54,897 bases of DNA, taken from Rhizaria sp. SCN 62-66. Taxonomy: Eukaryota. Under the pieces are notes generated by a model that was not told the DNA's origin, did no database searches, and worked only from the letters and a program-made list of their open reading frames with translations. The position numbers and the translations under genes are program-made. The stretch covers positions 62,001 through 116,897 of the forward strand of contig MEDY01000040.1 of NCBI GenBank assembly GCA_001724265.1. The letters run 5' to 3'. This document shows, one piece after another, positions 24,224-37,800 of the stretch (position 1 is its first letter; each line of letters opens with the position of its first letter).

Positions 24224-25857
24224 GAGCGCAAAGGTCAATAACAAATTGTCGCTAGACGAGGCTGCTTGAGAGGTCTTAGTAAGGAAGTGAAGTGGGCAAG
24301 CAGATGGCGTTACAGGTGAGCTCGAGAAGAAAGTCGGTATGGAGACAGAAACAGAGAACCAAGCAATATTATTAACAGAATTAGTAGCAAAGTACATATA
24401 ACTGTACATATCTCCACGAAACGCGAACTGCACGATTAAATAATGAAGAAACTTGTGTAACGAAAAGGCGTTCGTTTGAAGACGAGAGGAAGTGAGGCCA
24501 ACGGCTAGTTCGGCCGCACCAGGATGCGAATAAAAAACCAGCTAATACGAAGAAATATGGCAGATAAAGCGATGATGCTCGCCGCTCTATTGTGAATGCG
24601 TGTTGTATATTTGCGCGTTCATTCACGATACAATGACGGCCCCATACCATGAGTCAATCGTGGTTTTCAATTCTGGCCCGGTTCAGCTCGTTCTTCAATC
24701 ATAAGTGACTTGTCACTCTCACCGAGGCTCTCGGCTTTCAAACAGCATGTTCTGATTGTCACGACATGTGGCTGCACGATCGCGTTTCTATGAATACCAC
24801 AGGTGCGAGCTCTCTCGATGAGGGCGGCTACCCGCGGAGTTTTAAAGTCGGCTCTGCGAGAAGCAGTTGTGAACTTGCAGCTGACAGCAACGCTCAGCTG
24901 CAGCACTGGCGCTGTTGCAGTTCAAGGCGCGCGCACTGCTCTGCATCTACAGCGACATCCCGATCCGTTCTCGCGAAGGACTGGGGAGTGCTTTCATGAC
25001 TGCGAGTTTTGACCGCAAGCTTCCGTGTGTTGCGCCACAACGTGTGGTGTCAATGTGAAGATTGAGCTTAATGTTAGTGTGTTCTCGAGCCACGCCGCGC
25101 CCTTCCGCGCCGCAGCCAAGCGCGCGGCCCTGGGCCGGCGCGTTTACCGATGTTATACGCTGCGCTCACTACAGTCTCAATCGACACAAACATTGCCGTA
25201 TGTCATCATGTATCATGACGTGAGTGCTTGCTTTTGTGCCACCGCACCAATATTACTTCCAGATCATGATATTGTCCTCGGCGAGCATATCGCATTCGCT
25301 TCGGATGGCGCGGGCGCAGTGACGCTGTACCCCGCAGGCACTGTGCTTTATCACCCGCGCTGTGTCTTCCCGCCTGTCGGCAAACGTCGCGATGTGAACT
25401 ATGTTAAGCCGTGAGTCACGTAACCAACATCGCTTCTTTTTAGCCTCAAGGATTGGAGATATTTTAATAACTAGCACAATAAACTTAAAAAATACGGCAT
25501 ATAGACATCAAAAACAGTCCAACCAGCTTAAATCTAGTTTCACTGAAAAATCATCGAGATATTGAACTAAAGTCACGAAATGCCAGGATTTTGCGCAGAA
25601 TCGCTTGCGGCTTGCGATGTGAAGGGACATAAAAATGGTTTGGATTTCTCACAAAGCACCGTCATTACGCCATTTGACCGAGGTTTAGATGGAACTGTGT
25701 AAACCATATCTTCTATTTCAATTATATTTTCTTACTGTTTGCTTCTCCAACTCTACACTACTTCTGGTGTAGTGTCTTCTCTCGACTTCTCCCGCGATCT
25801 TTTCCCCACTTTGCAAGCCTCCGGCCGCGTTTCTTGGCTGTATCCACGCATAACACG

Positions 25858-28800
25858 ATGCAGCCCGGATTTGGCATTGCGCCAGGCACCACACGCGACG
25901 GCGATAGGTCTGCTAAAGGTACTGTGTTCAGCTCTACAGCGTCCCCTGTCGTGCCACCCCGCTCAAACTCAACCTCCGCCTCCGCAGCAACTCCTTCAAG
26001 CTCAGCCTCTGCCTCTGCGTCCGACCGCGCCCCTGCGTCGAACCCGCCCGCAGCGAGTGCCGATGGCGGCCCTGCGCGTAGCCCCGGTTCCCGCGCCGCC
26101 CCGCCTCTGACCGGCGCTGGCGTCTACGGCCCCGCTTCACCAAGCACTGCCACTCGCAACACGACCCCACGCAGCCCGCACTCCTCAGCAGGCTACGCGG
26201 ACGTTCCAGACATGCCTGCGAGTGTGAGCTCGAGCTTGAGCGCTAGAAAAAGCAGTGCTGTGGACTTCATGTCCCCGCTGGCGGCGCTGCGGCTGCATGA
26301 CAGCCAGCTGCCGGCTCCCGTCCTCACTGCAGGCACACCGCACAATAATAGTCCCTATCACCAGCTCGCGCTCGGCGGGGGCATGGCGAATCACTCACGT
26401 CTCGGCGTTGGTGTTGGCGCGTCATTTGCCGACAGCAATTGCCCGGGCAGTGTCAGTACCTCTGCCAATTGCCCGGGCAGTCCGAGTACCTCTGCCGCCT
26501 CTGCCGCTGCCACGGCTGCCTCTGCCTCTGTCTCTGCCTCTGCGAGGGGTGGGACACCGCGCTCTCCTCAGTCGTCGCTTAGCGCGCCTTACACGCCCGC
26601 GCTGTCCGTCTCCCCCTCGGTCGCCACGTCGACGTCCTTACCCGGGCCCGAGGTACTTACACATGGGGCACTTACATCCGGCGGGTCTAGCCGGCTGCGG
26701 ACTCCGTCGGCGCAGCTGGCGTCGCTGCCGCAGCCCACGGTCACGCCCTCAGTCACGCCGTCGCACCACAGTGCGAGTAGGAGTAGGGTGACATTCGCCG
26801 ACACTATGAGCGTGAAAAACAATAACAACAACAACGACAACAGCTTAGATGGCAATTTCGCGAGTAAAAGTAGGAGCGACAACAATGTGGATACTGTCGG
26901 TGGCTCTCTGAGAAAGAGCAGCAGCTATAGTCAAAGCGTGACTGTTTTCCACGACTTTGTCGCTGAGGACCACGACGATGAAGAGGAGCATAGTGATGAG
27001 AGTGAGAGAGTTAAGACTCACGAGTTCTATCGTTCCGGCGCCACAAGTACCACGAGTACAGCGAGTACTGGAGCGGCGTTGTCGTCTCGCACGAGCTTGA
27101 CGGATGCGGGCGTACAGGTGAGCAGTGTCAGCAGCAGCGACATTGTGATCGACAACGAGCAAACGCAACAGCAACAACAGCAACAACGACAGAAACAGCA
27201 ACAGCAGCAGCAAAAGCAGCAACAAACGCAGCGTCAACCGTCGTTATCATCGCAGGCAGAGGCTGATGCTCAGCGCGGTTACACTTACACCTCGGGACGC
27301 TTAGACTCCCAGTCACACTTAGTCTCCGCGACCACGAGGTACTTACCATTCGACCTGCCCTTAGATGCGTTGACTAACTCAAGCTCTCGCCCTAAGCCGG
27401 CGCTGGGCGAGGACAGTGTAAGTACCTACTTAGACCCGTTCGGCAGCGTGAGCACCGCGCAGATGTCCAAGTGCGCGTTGTTGCTCGCCCGCATCCACGC
27501 TCTCTCTGCGCACAAACTGGGCGACGCGGTCACCGCCGCGGCCGCCGCGGCGTACTTGCCTTTCCCAGCTGCCACAAACTACAGCAACAGCAGCAGCGCC
27601 AACAACACGGCGTATGTTCTGCCGTTACCGGCAGTGGCAGAGTCGGCTGCAGACGCGGTCCCTGCTGCGCTCGCATCGCAATCGGACTCTAAATACCCCT
27701 TAGACCAGGGCTCGGACGCCCCCGCCGCCGCCGCCAAGCGCCCCCCGCCAGTGACCGTGCGCAGTCTGCTCGCGCATCCAGCACTGCTTTTTTTGGAACC
27801 GTTGCCACACCCGACGCTGTCGCAGAGTTATCTGACGAGCAGCGACGCCGTCGCCGCTCTCACCCCCTTTTTGCCCTCCGTGAACGACTCGAATGGCTTC
27901 GGGAGCGATGGAGGAGGCAGAAATCTCGCCACCTGCGGGCTTTTATTCAACAACAACAACGCGAGCTTTAGCAATGCCAGCAGCAACAGCAGCAGCAACG
28001 AATCGCACTGCAGCCTCCCTGGCGGCGGCGGCGGCAGTCTGCACCACTCATTATACGGCGCCAGTGTGCACGCCTTGGGCAGCGCGGGGGGGACCAAGCG
28101 CCGCATGACCGCCGCCGCCGCTGCCGCCAGTGTCGCCGCCTCGGCCGCGGGCGCCTCGGCGATGCTCGCGCTGACTTCTGCGCCGCTCGTCACCACAAAC
28201 AACAACGCCGCGCACAACGGCGGGCTCCGCACTCCGGCTGCGGCGGCTGCGGCTGCGGCGGCGGCTGCTGCGTCGGCATCGCAGGGCGGCGGCGGCGTTA
28301 GCGGGGCGCGGCGGGGGTCGCTGACCGGCCGGCGCGGCTCCCTGACCGGGATCACGCTTGACTACCCGACTCTGACCTCGCTAAGTGCGCACAGCGGACA
28401 CGGCGGCGGCGTCGCCGGGAGCGTTGCTAGTGTTGGCGGCGCCAGTCTAACCGCACACGGTTCGCATCGCTTGAACAGCGCCAACGCAAAGAACATCGCT
28501 GGCAGCTACGGCTACGGCAACTTCTACGGGTACTTCGCGAACAGAGCCTCCTCGCTCTCGACCGACGACGGCAGCGACGGCGCGCTGACTGACTGCGCAC
28601 CCGCACTGCCCCTCGCCGACAAGCTCGGCCTCAGCACCGTTGCCACCCTCTTCCCCCTGTCCAGCACCTACTTCACGACGATGGCCCGCGCGGTGCGGCT
28701 GCAGGCGCTGGCGGCAGCGTTCGCGGTGACGCCGCTGCCGTTGCCGGCGGAGGTCGCCGCGGCCGTGGCCGCGACTGCGGCGGCGGCGATCGCGCTGATG

Positions 28801-31800
28801 CGGGCGAGCGCCAAGCAGAACAGGAGCGCGAGTGCGCGTGCGAACGCGGACAAGCGCATGGGCAGCTCGCACAACACGAATGGCAATAACACGTTCAGCT
28901 CTCTGCTCGAGGGGGCCCAGGCGGGCCAGCAGGATGACGGTGAGGATGAGACGAGTCAGGGCGAGGACGCTGTCGTGAATGCGCTTGAGGTGACTGTGGC
29001 GCGTGCATACGCCACGCTCACCGCGCTGCACAACGAAGTCACGCAAATTTCGCTCTATTCTAACGCCACAAACGCAAATTCAAGCGGTTCCAACAAGAGC
29101 GCAGCGCACGAGTCAACTGCCATTCCGAAAATGCCAGTGTTTCCGCTGCCTAAGTACAGCAACCACCCTGCCTTGCTTCCGCCTCCAGAGTCGTTTTATA
29201 TGCCTGTTTACAACAGCAGCACGAGCGCGAGTTACGGCAACGACGCCAATGCAAACTTGAGTGCTGCAGTGAATAACAACGAGCATTGTGGCTGTTTCTA
29301 CATCAACGACACAGCTGCACGTTTTGTGTTTACGCTGTCACCTCCACTGCAACACACTGCGTACAAGATGCTTCGTCTACAGCAGCAACAGCAACAGCAA
29401 CAGCAAGGCAGCACGAACTCAATCGCGAGCATTAGCGGAGGCAACAGCTCTAGCTCGAGCTCTAGTAACGCATCTGTCCTCACAACTCCGACTCCGAAGA
29501 TGCCAAGTCCTCTCAACTCGTTCTTCGTTCTTTTTTCGGAACTCGCCGTCCGTGCGGGCTTCACCCCGCTCCGGTCCTCGGCGTTCATGGTGCAGCAGCA
29601 GCAGCTCGTCCAGGCCCAACTGCGGCGCCACGCCAGCACGCTTGCGGCCATATCGCAGCTCGACCACAGCAACAGCGTCGCGGACCTCAGCAAAGTCGTC
29701 GCCGCAGTCAGTCCCCAAGTCGGTCCCCCTTGTGTCGCCTTCAGCCCCAGCCGCCGCGGTGACCGTGGGCAGCAGGGTGACCGTGAGCAGCAGCGACAGA
29801 TGGCCGCTGTGTCGGCCGCCGCCGCCACAGCCGCCGTCGCCGTCGCCGTCGCCGCCGCCGTCGTCGGCACCCACCCTCTCCCTTTTACAGTCAGAGCCGC
29901 GGGGAGGCTGGTGCCGCTGGGCCGCAATGCGCGGCGGGCGGCGCAGGTGGCGGCGGCACTTGTGGGTCCCCACACGGACACAGCGCGGGTCAGGGGCGCG
30001 GCGAATACGGGCTGTGTAAGTAACTCGGGTAATAGTCTAAGTAGCTCAGAATCTAACGGCCAGGCCGCGCGTATGCAATCGAAGGCAAGTAATGAGGATG
30101 ACGGGAATAATGACGATGACGACGAGGACGACGAGGACGAGGACTATACCGACTACCAGTATCAAAGCGAATCCCACGCCGCCGCTGCGGGCTCTCTAGC
30201 TCAAGACGGCAAGACTGGCAAACGCACCGCCACTGGCACCGCCACCGACCCCGTTCCCATTGAGGAGGAGGAAGAAGAGGAGGAAGTTGAGGTTGACGGC
30301 GAAGAGTGGATCGTTGAGTGGCTCGGGGCAAAGAAGATCGCCACTCACGCGCTCTATTTTGTGCGCAACCAAATTGCTATTCCTCTGAACAAGCAATCTC
30401 CCTCCGCAAGAGGCGTTGTGAGCAACAAGGCGTCAGCTGGTGAGAACAACACAAGTCTCGACGCAAATGTGACAAGCGAGCACGATACCGAGGCCGCCGA
30501 TAGTGCTGTTGCTGCCGCCGCTGCTGCGATGCTTAACGGCCAATACTACCTCTTAAAGGCGGCTATTCTGTTAAGTCTAGCCGCCAACTCGGTCGCGTCT
30601 GTGCTGCCCGACGCAGTTGCCGCGGGGCTGGGGTACCTACACCCACTTCCTTTCTCAGTGGGCACTTATATCGATAGCATCAACAGCGAAATCACCGACC
30701 CTAACAGCAGCACCACAACTGCTACTGCTACTGCTGCAGCTGCTGCGGCTGCGCTGACCTCAACGCCGACGTCTGCCGCCGACTCATTCTCACTAGGACT
30801 GCTCTCCCCGAAGCAGCACTCGACCGTCGTCGCCGCGGCGGCCGCCGCCGCCGCCACCGCGGCCGCCGCGGCCGCCGCCGAGGCCCGTCACAGCCAGCGT
30901 TTGCGGGAGCTCCGTGCCGCCGCCAGGGCCAAGGCGCGCGCGCGGGCGGCAGCGCGCGCGCAGCGGCGGGCGAACGCGCGGAGGTACATCGCTAATATCA
31001 CCGGAATCGGGCTTGAGACGTAGTACGACCCCAATCAGTTCTACGTGCAGCACCGCAGCAGCAGCAACGCGAATCCCAGTGCTGATAAGAGCGACAAAGA
31101 CAAGCAGCAGCAGCAGCCACCGGCGCAGCCACCGAGCCAGCCGGACCCGAAGCAAAACCCGACCGTTGTGTTGATGTTCTTCGCCGCGGTTGCGCTCACG
31201 ATGGCCGCTCTGCGCCGAATGAGCGCGGTGGTCAAGGCGTCGGCACTGCTTGCGATCGCGTGCACGGTGGCTGCAGCGGCCGATGTCGGAATTGTCCGCC
31301 ACCGCAAGCAGCAGCAGCAGCAGAAGCAGCAGCAGTTGCAGCAACAGCGGAGAGAGCTCATGGAGACTCTCCTCGCCGCTGGCAACGGCAGCAGCACTGG
31401 CGCTGCTCGTAAAGAGCAGGACAAGAGTCCTAGATTCCAGTTCTCACGGGGGGCTGCCAGTGGCAATGACGCGGAGGCTGGGGAGGACGAGAGGGTGGTC
31501 CATCAGTCCGTGCGGTCCATTCTCGAGGCCTCGCTGATCAAGTCGCTCTCAGAGGCCGCGACGGTGCAGTCCCGCATTGCCGCCGCAAAGGTACGGACCC
31601 GCGTCCGGGCAGAGGCGGCGCGCGCGCGCAGGGCTCAAGGCGACGGTGCGGACGGGTCAAACAGCACTGTGGGGGATACAGATGACGACAGCTTGGACGC
31701 GGAGCTTGATCTTGACTTAGACTTGAAGGAGGTCAGCTTCGGCACCCGGCTCTGGCGCTGGTTCCGTGCCCCTCCACAGGGCCATTTGGCCGTTTACACC

Positions 31801-34800
31801 GACGTCATCACGCTCACCGTCGAGCGCAACCATTCGTCGCTGCTTGCGCTGTCTCCGTTAGCGTCCAAGTTGGCGCTCAGTGCTCCTCTGGACGACGTGC
31901 TGCTGCATCTCAAGCACAACCAGCGCCAAACTGCGAATATCACCGACAGCGACAAAAGCAAGACGAACAATAATGCGGGCTCCGCCGTAACTGGTGTTTC
32001 GCTTCCAGATTTGTCGTCGGCGCGGCTACACTTCGAGTCGACGCGGCCTAACTTCCACCTCCGCGCCCGCTGGCACCGGTGCGTGCCCGCGACTCCGGCG
32101 GCGCTGGCGGCTTTACTTCCGTCCAGCTCCGTCTCCCGGTCGCTGCCCCGGCGCCGCGTGCGCGCCAGTCTGCTGCTCACGGTCACGGCCGCCGCGCTTA
32201 TCGTGCTGGCGCTGCTGCCGCAGGGCGGCGTGACGGTGGTCGTCGCGGCGGGCGCCGGGGTGCGTCAGGGCCTCGTGCTGATCCGCGTCCTCGCCATGGC
32301 CGCGATGGCCGCGCCGTACTACACGGACGCCGTGGGCGGCGCGCTCGCGTCGGTGTCGGTCGCCAAGTCGGCGCAGGCCGCCGCCGCGAACGCCGCCGCG
32401 GCCCTCAAGACCGGCAGCAGCGGCAACGCAGCCGCCGCGCACAGTGCCGCTGCCGTGTTCACGGTTGGCACGTCCGCCGACCTCACAGGCGCCGCCACCA
32501 GTGGCAGCAGCAGCGCCAGCGCCAGCGCTAGCGCTAGAGCGGACAATCTCCGGGCGGCGGTGTACGCGGCGTGGGGCGGCTCTGCGTTGGCGACGCGGCT
32601 CAGCGCGTCGCCCACTGGCACGCTCTGGCAGGGCAGGTTCTGGCACTACGAGCGCGGCTTAGTTTTCGAGGACGGCTTGACTTTGGGCGGAGACGGGGTG
32701 TACAAGGAGCACGATGACGCAAGTGCCGCCGCGACTGTGGCTGCAACAGCAAGTGGTGAGCGTGACGTGAGGTCCAAACCGGGATCTACAATCACGAAGA
32801 CGAAGTACTACTGCGTGGCTGCAGACTTGCCGCCGCCGTCCCAGTCACACTCGTCAGCAGCTATTGTTGCTGTTGTGAACAGCGACAAGTGTGGAAGTGA
32901 CTGTACGGAGCACGAATCCCAGTGCTTCTCTGTGACTACAGCAGTGACGGCAGCTAGTGCCAACTCGCTGAGCAACAGTCACGGCCGCAGCCACAGTGAT
33001 ATGGCGGTGAATAACGACTCGCAACTTCTTGTGACGTTCCCCGCCAGCTCTACGCTCCGCGCCGCTTTCACGGCAACGGTGCACTTGGTGATCGCGGCAG
33101 TCGGCGTCGCCGTGTCGGCCATCACCCAGGTACTCGCGATCGCGGTGGCGGCGCTATGGGAGCTTGTGGGGGTACTTACACTCGGTCTAAGTACCCCGCT
33201 CGTCCGCGCAGGTGTGTTAAGCCACAACAACACAGTCGTCTCTCGGCTGACCGCCCACATCACAGCGCCCGCCTCGATCGGCCCGGATCTAAGTACCTCC
33301 TTACACCTGCCCGGCGTCGGCGGGACCACGTTCCTCAACGTCCCGCACCCGCTGTCGATCCGCATCCCGCCCTACACCGTCGGCACAGGGCTGCTCACGG
33401 TCACGCTGCCCCCCGCGGCGGCCACAGCTGCGGCGCGAACGGCCGCCACGGGCGGTCTTCTGGCGCCGGCGTTTGGCCGCACGCTCAGGGCCATTGCGGC
33501 GGCCGCGCCTGCGGCGACGATGACGATGGCGACCCGCAAGGAAGTCGTGTTTGCCGAGCGTCACGACGACGATGACGATGACGACATAGGCTATCGTGTT
33601 GTTGGCGAGTCTGGTGACAAGGATTATGACGACGAGGAGAGCGACGATCTCCCTCTCTGCGCTCACAACGACATTGACAACATTCACGACTACTACAGTG
33701 ACGGCAACTGGGACGCTGGCTCGACCACGATCTTCTCCGAGCCCTCGTTCGCGCTCAACGCGCGCTTCCTCATCGCGGCCTCCCCCGCGCCGCTGCGCGC
33801 AGTGCTGACGGCCACGGCCGCCGTCTCCGCGCTCGCGGGCGTACCGCTCACGCCCGCGCCCGTCGACGGCACCGCCACCATCGTCACCGTCACCGGTGGC
33901 GCTGGAGCTGAGGGAGCTGGGCCCGGCGCCGCGGCGCGGGCGGGCTGGGACGCGGAGGCCGAGGTGGAGGCCGAGGCGCTGGCGGAGGCGCGCGTGGCGG
34001 GCAGCTGGTGTGCCGCACCAGTGGGCAGCGGCAGGGCGCGGGCTGGCGTCACGCTGCCGCGCTGGATGCAGCAGCAACAGCAGCAACATCAGCAACAGCG
34101 GCAACAGCGGCAACGCGAACACCATTATGAGCAGCAGCATCAGATGAGTGAGTTCGAGTTTGAGCTTGAACAGCAACAGCGGCAGCACCGTCATCGTCAG
34201 CGACGCCACCGTCAGCGCACGAATCGCACCCAATATGGTGATATTGGCCACGATCGGAAGACGCATCACCATGCGAGCTTTTCGAGCGGCAGTGATCATG
34301 GTAAGACTCATCTAAGCACTGTTTCCTGGCTGCGGTCGAAGTGGGGCATTTCAGCGCTTACACTTGCTTCTGTTGCTGGAGGGTACACGACGACGACAGC
34401 CTCTCACCGCGGCTTAACGTCCCTCCTGCAGAGTGGCGGCCTACCTTCAAACTCTGCTCACAGTTACGGCCACGGTCAGCGGACGAAGTGTTGGGACGCC
34501 AACGCGCGCCGCGTGCGTTACTCGGTTTCCGCTCACGCCCACGGTCACGCTCACGGTCACGCTGCCCACAGACGCAGACACCGGTATGAATGCCACTCGA
34601 TGGCTCACAGGCTCAGCGCCCTCGCCGGTGGACTCAACACGCGCGGCATCGACTGGTCGCTGGAGGCGGCTTACATCATCCCCCTTGACTCGGCCCCCAT
34701 CCCTCGGTCGCAGGCGCCCCCAGAGGCGGCGACAACGGTGGCGTCTTCGGTCGCGGCGGCGGCGGGCGACGGGCACTTCACATACTCACTTATCAATTCG

Positions 34801-37800
34801 CACTCGTACTCACACGCGCAAGCGTACTTAGACGGCGACTCTGCACGGACTAGGTACTCCCACGCACAGTCGCAGTCACCGCTGCCGCTGCCGTTGAGAT
34901 CGCCATCGCCGCCGCCCCGCATGCTCATGTCGTCTCCGCTCACCGGCGTGTTTGACCTGGCCGCCGTGCCCGCCATCTCAGTCGTGCGCTCGCCCGCGAT
35001 CCCGGGCTCTGGCGTGCTGCCGCGCCCGCGCCGCGCGGGCCCCCGCCCCGCTGATAGTAGCAGCGACAAGGACGCCGCGCGTGCGCACGGCCGCTCGCAC
35101 GCACATATTGGTGGTGGCCATAGGAAGGAGAGCTCGACGACGGTGATGACGGTGGCGGGCTCGGAAATGATTTACCAGGTATTTATAGGTCCCATCCCGC
35201 TCTGCGTGTCGGTGCCGGTGCAGCTGCCGACAAAGCGCCGTCAGCAGTCTCGTCGCATCACGGGTCGTGCCACGCACAACAATGTGTCAAATGACACTTC
35301 CGCAATGAACGACGACAATGACGATGGTTACACTCGAGAGAGTCAAGCAGATGATGACGACGATGACAATGTCGACGAAGATGACAACGAAGAGGAAGAA
35401 GTTGCAACGAACACGTGTGGCGGGCTCGGTGCGAGCATGACGCAGCAGGCACGCGCACGCAGGCTCCTTACATGGACGACACTGAACTTTATCACGAGTC
35501 TAAGTACCATTCCGTTCACTCGCCCTCACGAGAACAGGATCGACACTCATCACGGCGCTCATGGTAACACCACTTCTTCTCGTCGTCAATTTTTTCGGAG
35601 TGTTCATAAGTCCTCGACGGATCACTCCAACGCGAAACGCACTGCTAGCGCTGCGGCCGCGACTGGTGACAATGATGACGACGACGCTGATGATGATGAC
35701 GAGGAGGATGATGATGCGAATGAGTTCGCTGCCCGCGCCGGCGTTGTCGGCACCGCCCCGCTGACTGGGCTGGCCGCCGTCGCCGAGCCCCTCACCGGCA
35801 TGCACATCGGCCTCGCAGTGCGCCCGAGCACGATCGTCGTTCCTGCCGCGAAACAGCAACAGGGCGGCGCGCACGGTGAGCACGACGCCACCGGGGCCGC
35901 GAGTTCGACCGCCAGTGCGAGTGCGAGTGCAGCGGACAGCAGTGCGAGCGCTGCTGAGTTTAACAGCAACGCCGAGCACTTCCGGCACCAGCAGCAGCAC
36001 GGCGAGCAGTCTCCGCTGGTTTTCGTGCCGTACGATTACCCGGCGATGCTCGACCTGCTTACGCGCGCAGGCAACGCGCTGCTGCTTTCCCCGCGCTGGC
36101 CGGCGCCGGTGACTTCGCACTCGGCCTCGTCTGACCCCAGTCGAACCGTGCCCGCGCACTTTCACCGCGAGGCACAGTCATCGTCTGCGGATACCAGTGG
36201 CCATGAGGGTACACATAGAGAGGAGTGGTGGGATGACGTGGCGTCCATCACGCGCTCCGTGCTTTCACCACTGAGCTACCGCTGCTGGGGTGGCACGTTT
36301 GCCGTGGACGATAGTACGTGGGCCTGGGAGCTGCCGTCGATCCGCTCCTATTTCCCTTCAGATGTGCCGAGCGCCGCCGCCGCTGCTAATGATGCTCATC
36401 CGCATTCCTCACACGGCGACGCCCACAGTCACTCTGCTCACAGTCACCACTCAGCGAGCACTCACCCCCCGAACCATGCGCGCAGTCCCTCCGCGAGCAG
36501 TGCCGCCGCCCACAGCCGCTCTGCCAACGCCGCGGCTGCGGCCGCGGCCGCTCGCAACCGCGCGTCGGGCGCGCGCGAGGGCCGATGGGCGCCGGAAGTT
36601 GTTGCGCAGGGTTGCGGCATGTGGGCCGCGCTGACGCGTGTGCTGATGGGCAAGGCGGCGTTGATTGAGATCGAACGCGCTGTGTTCATCACGTCGCCGA
36701 ACCCGTCGACGCACTATCTCACTCACAACAAGCGCAAGAAGGGAATGAACGATAAAACTCAATCTCAGTCTCAGCCACAGGCTCAGTCTCAGAGTCAGAG
36801 TCGGATCAGTCAAAATGCGACGACGACGACGACGACGACGGAGGTGCATTACTCTCAGTACCAGTTCGTCGGCTCTTACCTGCACTCGACGGTCCGCGCC
36901 GCCTCCGTCGCCGTCACGCGCTCGCTCCGCCGCGCGCTGCTGTCGATCGCGTCGGTGTACAGCGCGCTGCTGCCGATCATTCCGGGTCTCCCGATCACCC
37001 ACATCGCGGGCTCGCTCTCGCACACCGTCGCGCAGGAGTCTCTGCTCGCGCTCGTGCGCGGCGCCGCCGTCGCCGCCGCTGCGGTTGGCAAGGGCGGCGC
37101 CGCGCTCTTAATGGCGCTGCGCAGGCTCGCGCTCAAGTCCGCCGTCGCGGGTAAGAGGGCGGCGAAACGCTCGCTGCACGTTGCGACTGCGCTCTCGAAC
37201 GCGGCGGCGCGGGTTGCCTCTGAGGTCGCGGCGGTCCACAACGATTGTGAGCAGCAGCGGACGCAGAGCGCGACCGAGGCGAATGTGGCCGCAGCAATGG
37301 GCAAGGTTGTGCTGTGCTGGGCGCGCGCGGTTAAACATAAAGCCGGTCTGGCGTATGCGCGCGTGTTCAGAAAGTTAAGCAACTTTAGCGACGCTCACGC
37401 GTCGCAGGGCAATGACGACGGCAAGACGAATTCAAGCCACGGCACTGGTGCAAACGTGAAGTCTAGCCGTAGCGATACAGTTGCGAGTACGGCCGCAGCG
37501 GCTGCAGCGGCCGAGGCAGAGGCTGCGGTTGTCTTAGCGTCCGCGGTGTCCGAGATCCGCTCAGCCTCGGCTCCTTTCGTCGGTACCATTGCGCCGGGCC
37601 CCATGGGCATAATTCAGACCGTGGTTTTGACGCTCGGTATGGTCAGTGGCGGAATCGTGGGCACCGCTATGGTCGTCATCCTACCGCTTTATGCGCTCTT
37701 CCAGTTCATGTACGTGCTAAATTTATCGCCGCAATCATAATCTACTTATAAATTAACGCAAGTCTTTCCCCGTATTCGTAATGATATCATTTTATGTCGC

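Noticed and set aside
30984-31023. Possible 40-nt intron (GTACAT...CTAAT...TAG) that would remove the TAG in the giant gene
   Set aside because: It is far shorter than all 20 modelled introns, shifts the frame into a stop at 31174 with no intergenic-like spacer after it, and deletes the GIG motif island. Not formally excluded without RNA-seq.
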